Source: Armatimonadota bacterium (GTDB taxonomy: Bacteria; Armatimonadota; SYMT01). Taken from it: a stretch of DNA of 64,000 nt. The notes under the pieces were generated by a model. That model had not been told where the DNA came from. It worked only from the letters and a program-made list of their open reading frames with translations, and did no database searches. The DNA is taken from contig JAWLHY010000002.1 in the NCBI GenBank assembly GCA_041690135.1, positions 624,342 to 688,341 of the forward strand, given 5' to 3'. Made by a program: the position numbers and the translations under genes. Shown in pieces: positions 61,118 through 64,000 of the stretch (position 1 is the stretch's first letter; each line of letters begins with the position of its first letter).

Positions 61118-61234
61118 ATGAAGGTACGACCCTCCGTTAAAAAGATGTGCGACGACTGCCGAGTCATTCGTCGCGAAGGCGTCGTTCGGGTGATCTGCAA
61201 GAAGAACCCGAAGCACAAGCAGCGCCAGGGCTAA
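61118..61234 (+). CDS. rpmJ: 50S ribosomal protein L36
   Basis: Manual translation [38 protein letters not shown] (38 aa, below the ORF-track cutoff); SD GAGGA. Confidence 0.98.
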   Translation: MKVRPSVKKMCDDCRVIRREGVVRVICKKNPKHKQRQG

Positions 61235-61251
61235 GTTGAGGAGTAAGACTA

Positions 61252-61629
61252 GTGGCACGTATCGCCGGCGTTGACTTGCCACGCGATAAGCGCGTAGAAA
61301 TCGCGCTCACGTATATTTTCGGCGTGGGGCTGACGACGAGTCAGCAGATCCTCGCCAAGACGGGTGTCAATCCGGACACGCGCGTCCGCGAGCTGAGCGA
61401 GTCCGATGTGGCTCGTCTCCGCGAAGTGCTGGAGCGCGAGTTCCGGGTGGAAGGGGATCTGCGTCGGCAGATCGCGATGAACATCCGTCGCTTGAGTGAA
61501 ATCTCGTCTTTCCGTGGTATTCGCCACCGGCGCGGACTGCCCGTACGCGGTCAGCGCACCAAGACGAATGCCCGTACCCGCAAGGGTCCGCGACGCGCAG
61601 TCGCCGCGAAGAAGAAGAAAGGCAAGTAA
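61252..61629 (+). CDS. rpsM: 30S ribosomal protein S13
   Basis: ARIAGVDLP...[15 protein letters not shown]. Confidence 0.99.
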   Translation: MARIAGVDLPRDKRVEIALTYIFGVGLTTSQQILAKTGVNPDTRVRELSESDVARLREVLEREFRVEGDLRRQIAMNIRRLSEISSFRGIRHRRGLPVRGQRTKTNARTRKGPRRAVAAKKKKGK

Positions 61630-61632
61630 ACC

Positions 61633-62028
61633 GTGGCAAAGAAGCAATCCACCAGCCGCCAGAAGGTCAAGGAGAAGCGGCAGGTTTTGCATGGCGTGGT
61701 TCATATCCAGTCCACGTTCAACAACACCATCATCACCATCTCCGACCAGCGAGGCGAAGTCCTCTCCTGGGCCTCTGCCGGTTCGGTCGGCTTCAAGGGT
61801 ACGAAGAAGGGCACGCCCTTCGCTGCCCAGATGGCCTCGGAGAATGCGGCTCGCAAGGCGGCGGAGCATGGTTTGAAGCGGGTGGACGTCATGGTGAAGG
61901 GACCGGGAAGTGGTCGGGAAACCGCCATTCGCGCCCTCTCGACCGTCGGGTTCGAAGTGACGCTCATCAAGGATGTGACTCCGATCCCGCACAACGGTTG
62001 CCGCGCCCCCAAGCGCCGCCGCGTGTAA
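61633..62028 (+). CDS. rpsK: 30S ribosomal protein S11
   Basis: STFNNTI...[11 protein letters not shown]. Confidence 0.99.
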   Translation: MAKKQSTSRQKVKEKRQVLHGVVHIQSTFNNTIITISDQRGEVLSWASAGSVGFKGTKKGTPFAAQMASENAARKAAEHGLKRVDVMVKGPGSGRETAIRALSTVGFEVTLIKDVTPIPHNGCRAPKRRRV

Positions 62029-62041
62029 GCTTCGACGGAAG

Positions 62042-62077
62042 TTGCAATTTGCAGTTTTCAATTGGCAATTTGCAATA
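62042..62077. repeat. TTGCAAT-type heptamer array between rpsK and rpsD
   Basis: ttgcaat ttgcagt tttcaat tggcaat ttgcaat. Confidence 0.7.
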
Positions 62078-62228
62078 TTCAGCACAGTAGAGAGATGCGG
62101 TTCCAGGGGTAACCCTTGGGGTTCGTCTACAGGGTGCAATGGGCGCCGCGCGTGTGGCGATCAACACCCACCCTTGTTCAGCCGTGTCACGCCCCCGGGT
62201 CGTGATCCCGGAAGGAGTTTCTAACGAT

Positions 62229-62855
62229 ATGGCAGTTTACAGCGGCCCCGTCTGCCGGCTTTGTCGCCGCGACGGCGTGAAGCTGTTTTTGAAGGGCGAG
62301 CGTTGCTACACCAGCAAGTGCGCCATCGAGCGGCGCAAGTACGCCCCCGGCCAGCACGGCCAGCGCCAGCGCAAGCTCGCCGATTACGGAGTGCAGCTCC
62401 GCGAGAAGCAGAAGCTGAAGAGGATCTATCGGGTCCTCGAGCGGCAGTTCCGCAGCTATTTCAAGGAAGCCGTGCGGCGCAAAGGCGTCACGGGTGAGAT
62501 TTTGCTGCAGCTCCTCGAGCTCCGTCTCGACAACGCCGTTTATCGATTGGGTTGCGCCATGTCCCGGCGCCAGGCGCGGCAGTTGGTGAACCATGGTCAC
62601 TTCCTGGTGAACGGGAAGCCGGTCAATATTCCTAGCTACCAGTTGCGCGTGGGCGACACCATCTCGGTCGCTCCGGCCAGCCGCACCGCGGGTGCCATCC
62701 AGGAGTCGGTGGCCAGTGCCGGTGGGCGCCGGACGCCGGAGTGGATGACGTTCGACACCAACGGCATGACCGGGCAGGTAACCTCGGTACCCACCCGCGA
62801 GCAGATTGATACGCAGGTCAACGAAGCGCTGATCGTCGAGTTCTACTCGCGCTAG
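62229..62855 (+). CDS. rpsD: 30S ribosomal protein S4
   Basis: CRLCRR...KLFLKG.RC...LE.RLDN...RQLVNHGH; start ATG 62229. Confidence 0.99.
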   Translation: MAVYSGPVCRLCRRDGVKLFLKGERCYTSKCAIERRKYAPGQHGQRQRKLADYGVQLREKQKLKRIYRVLERQFRSYFKEAVRRKGVTGEILLQLLELRLDNAVYRLGCAMSRRQARQLVNHGHFLVNGKPVNIPSYQLRVGDTISVAPASRTAGAIQESVASAGGRRTPEWMTFDTNGMTGQVTSVPTREQIDTQVNEALIVEFYSR

Positions 62856-63062
62856 GCCGCAGTCGGGGCCCGATCCGGGCAAAGTTTACGCGGAGTCGGG
62901 GGCGCTCTTCATTCTGTGGCGGAAAGAAGACGGAGAGGATGAGCGCCTTCCGGTTCCGGATGATCAGGTAGATGGATACTCGGTCGCGGGTCCCAACATC
63001 GGACGAATGTTGGGACCTAGTATCGCGTCTCTGGCTCGTCCGATAGCGAGGAGCACAGTCGT

Positions 63063-64000
63063 ATGGAAACCCAGGGTCCGCGCGTTGAGACGCTGGAACA
63101 GAATGAAACCTACGGCAAGTTCGTTGTAGAGCCGCTCGAGCGGGGTTATGCGGCCACGCTCGCCAATCCCCTGCGCCGTGTGTTGCTGTCTTCCCTGCGG
63201 GGAGCGGCCATCACCTCGGTGCGAATTGATGGGGTGCTGCACGAATTTGCTACGATCCCGGGCCTGCGTGAGGACACGTCGGAGTTCCTCCTGAACCTCA
63301 AGGCCCTGTCGGTGAAGGTGCAGGAGCCGGAAGCCGGATTCGGCGAAGAGCCGCGGCTTTACACGCTCCGCATCGATAAGCGCGGCGAGGGGGATGTCAC
63401 CGGCGCCGACATCGAATGCCCGGCGGACGTGGAAGTCGTGAACCCGGAAGTGCATCTCGCCACCCTGGCGGACGACAATGCGGCCTTGACCGTGGAGTTG
63501 ACCGTCGAAGTGGGGAAGGGATACGTCCTGCCGGAGAAGCACGAGCGCTTCAAGGGGCAGATCGGTGTGATCCCGGTGGGCTCTGCCTTTTCCCCGGTCC
63601 GCAAGGTGAACTTTGCGATCGAGGGGACGCGCGTCGGCAGCCGGTCAGACTACGAACGGCTCATCTTCGAGATCGAGACCAACGGCACCATCAGCCCCGG
63701 CAAGGCGCTGGCGGAAGCGGCGGCGGTCCTCGATCAGTACGTGCGCCTGTTCATGGATGTGAGCTCCGAACGCGTGGTGCGTCGCATTGACGACATCGAA
63801 GTCCCCAGCCAGCAACGGCAGCCTACCGGCGCGCCGGATATCCGGATCGAGGAGTTGGACTTTTCCGTCCGGACGTACAACTGCCTGAAGAAGGCGAACA
63901 TTCAGACGGTGGCGGATCTCACTCGCGCCAGCGAGGAAGAGTTGATGAACATCCGCAATTTCGGTCGCAAGTCGCTGGTTGAGGTTCAGGAAAAGCTGTC
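63063..64000 (+). CDS. rpoA: RNA polymerase subunit alpha (runs off window end)
   Basis: Manual translation: YGKFVVEPLERGYAATLANPLRRVLLSSL...IEELDFSVRTYNCLKKANI...NFGRKSL. Confidence 0.98.
   Translation, partial: METQGPRVETLEQNETYGKFVVEPLERGYAATLANPLRRVLLSSLRGAAITSVRIDGVLHEFATIPGLREDTSEFLLNLKALSVKVQEPEAGFGEEPRLYTLRIDKRGEGDVTGADIECPADVEVVNPEVHLATLADDNAALTVELTVEVGKGYVLPEKHERFKGQIGVIPVGSAFSPVRKVNFAIEGTRVGSRSDYERLIFEIETNGTISPGKALAEAAAVLDQYVRLFMDVSSERVVRRIDDIEVPSQQRQPTGAPDIRIEELDFSVRTYNCLKKANIQTVADLTRASEEELMNIRNFGRKSLVEVQEKL

Noticed and set aside
55190-62855. Zn-binding forms of S14, L36, S4 and Adk lid
   Set aside because: Ordinary C+ variants expected in the main ribosomal cluster.

Overview
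GC-rich bacterial window, most likely Armatimonadota (an inference from ribosomal protein signatures such as the S5 '[10 protein letters not shown]' loop and from the gene repertoire; not verified by search). The left 35 kb is accessory. It holds: (a) a possible RiPP-like or secreted-peptide locus, with a PqqD/RRE protein fused to a twin-Arg leader and a conotoxin-like cystine-knot core, an HPr-kinase-like kinase, a nucleotidyltransferase, two HAF-repeat proteins and duplicated SdrD-B surface proteins; (b) a TPR/site-2 protease pair; (c) a Wzm/Wzt-sulfotransferase-GT2 glycan locus; (d) DUF1501, hydrolase, Rpn-like and molybdopterin oxidoreductase genes; (e) a B12-radical SAM/AurF-like diiron oxygenase/E2-like acyltransferase/GH26 run. 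The right 28 kb is the str-S10-spc-alpha ribosomal supercluster, with several oddities. fusA and tuf are split by a 5.5 kb three-gene insert. Both rpsL and tuf have long structured leaders. L22 carries an N-terminal degenerate copy of the S3 KH domain, S3 has an RGG tail, an EF-G2-like paralog sits between rplE and rpsN, and infA is absent before rpmJ. No tRNA, rRNA, CRISPR array or intact transposase was seen. Family calls come from motif recognition by eye, not from database searches.
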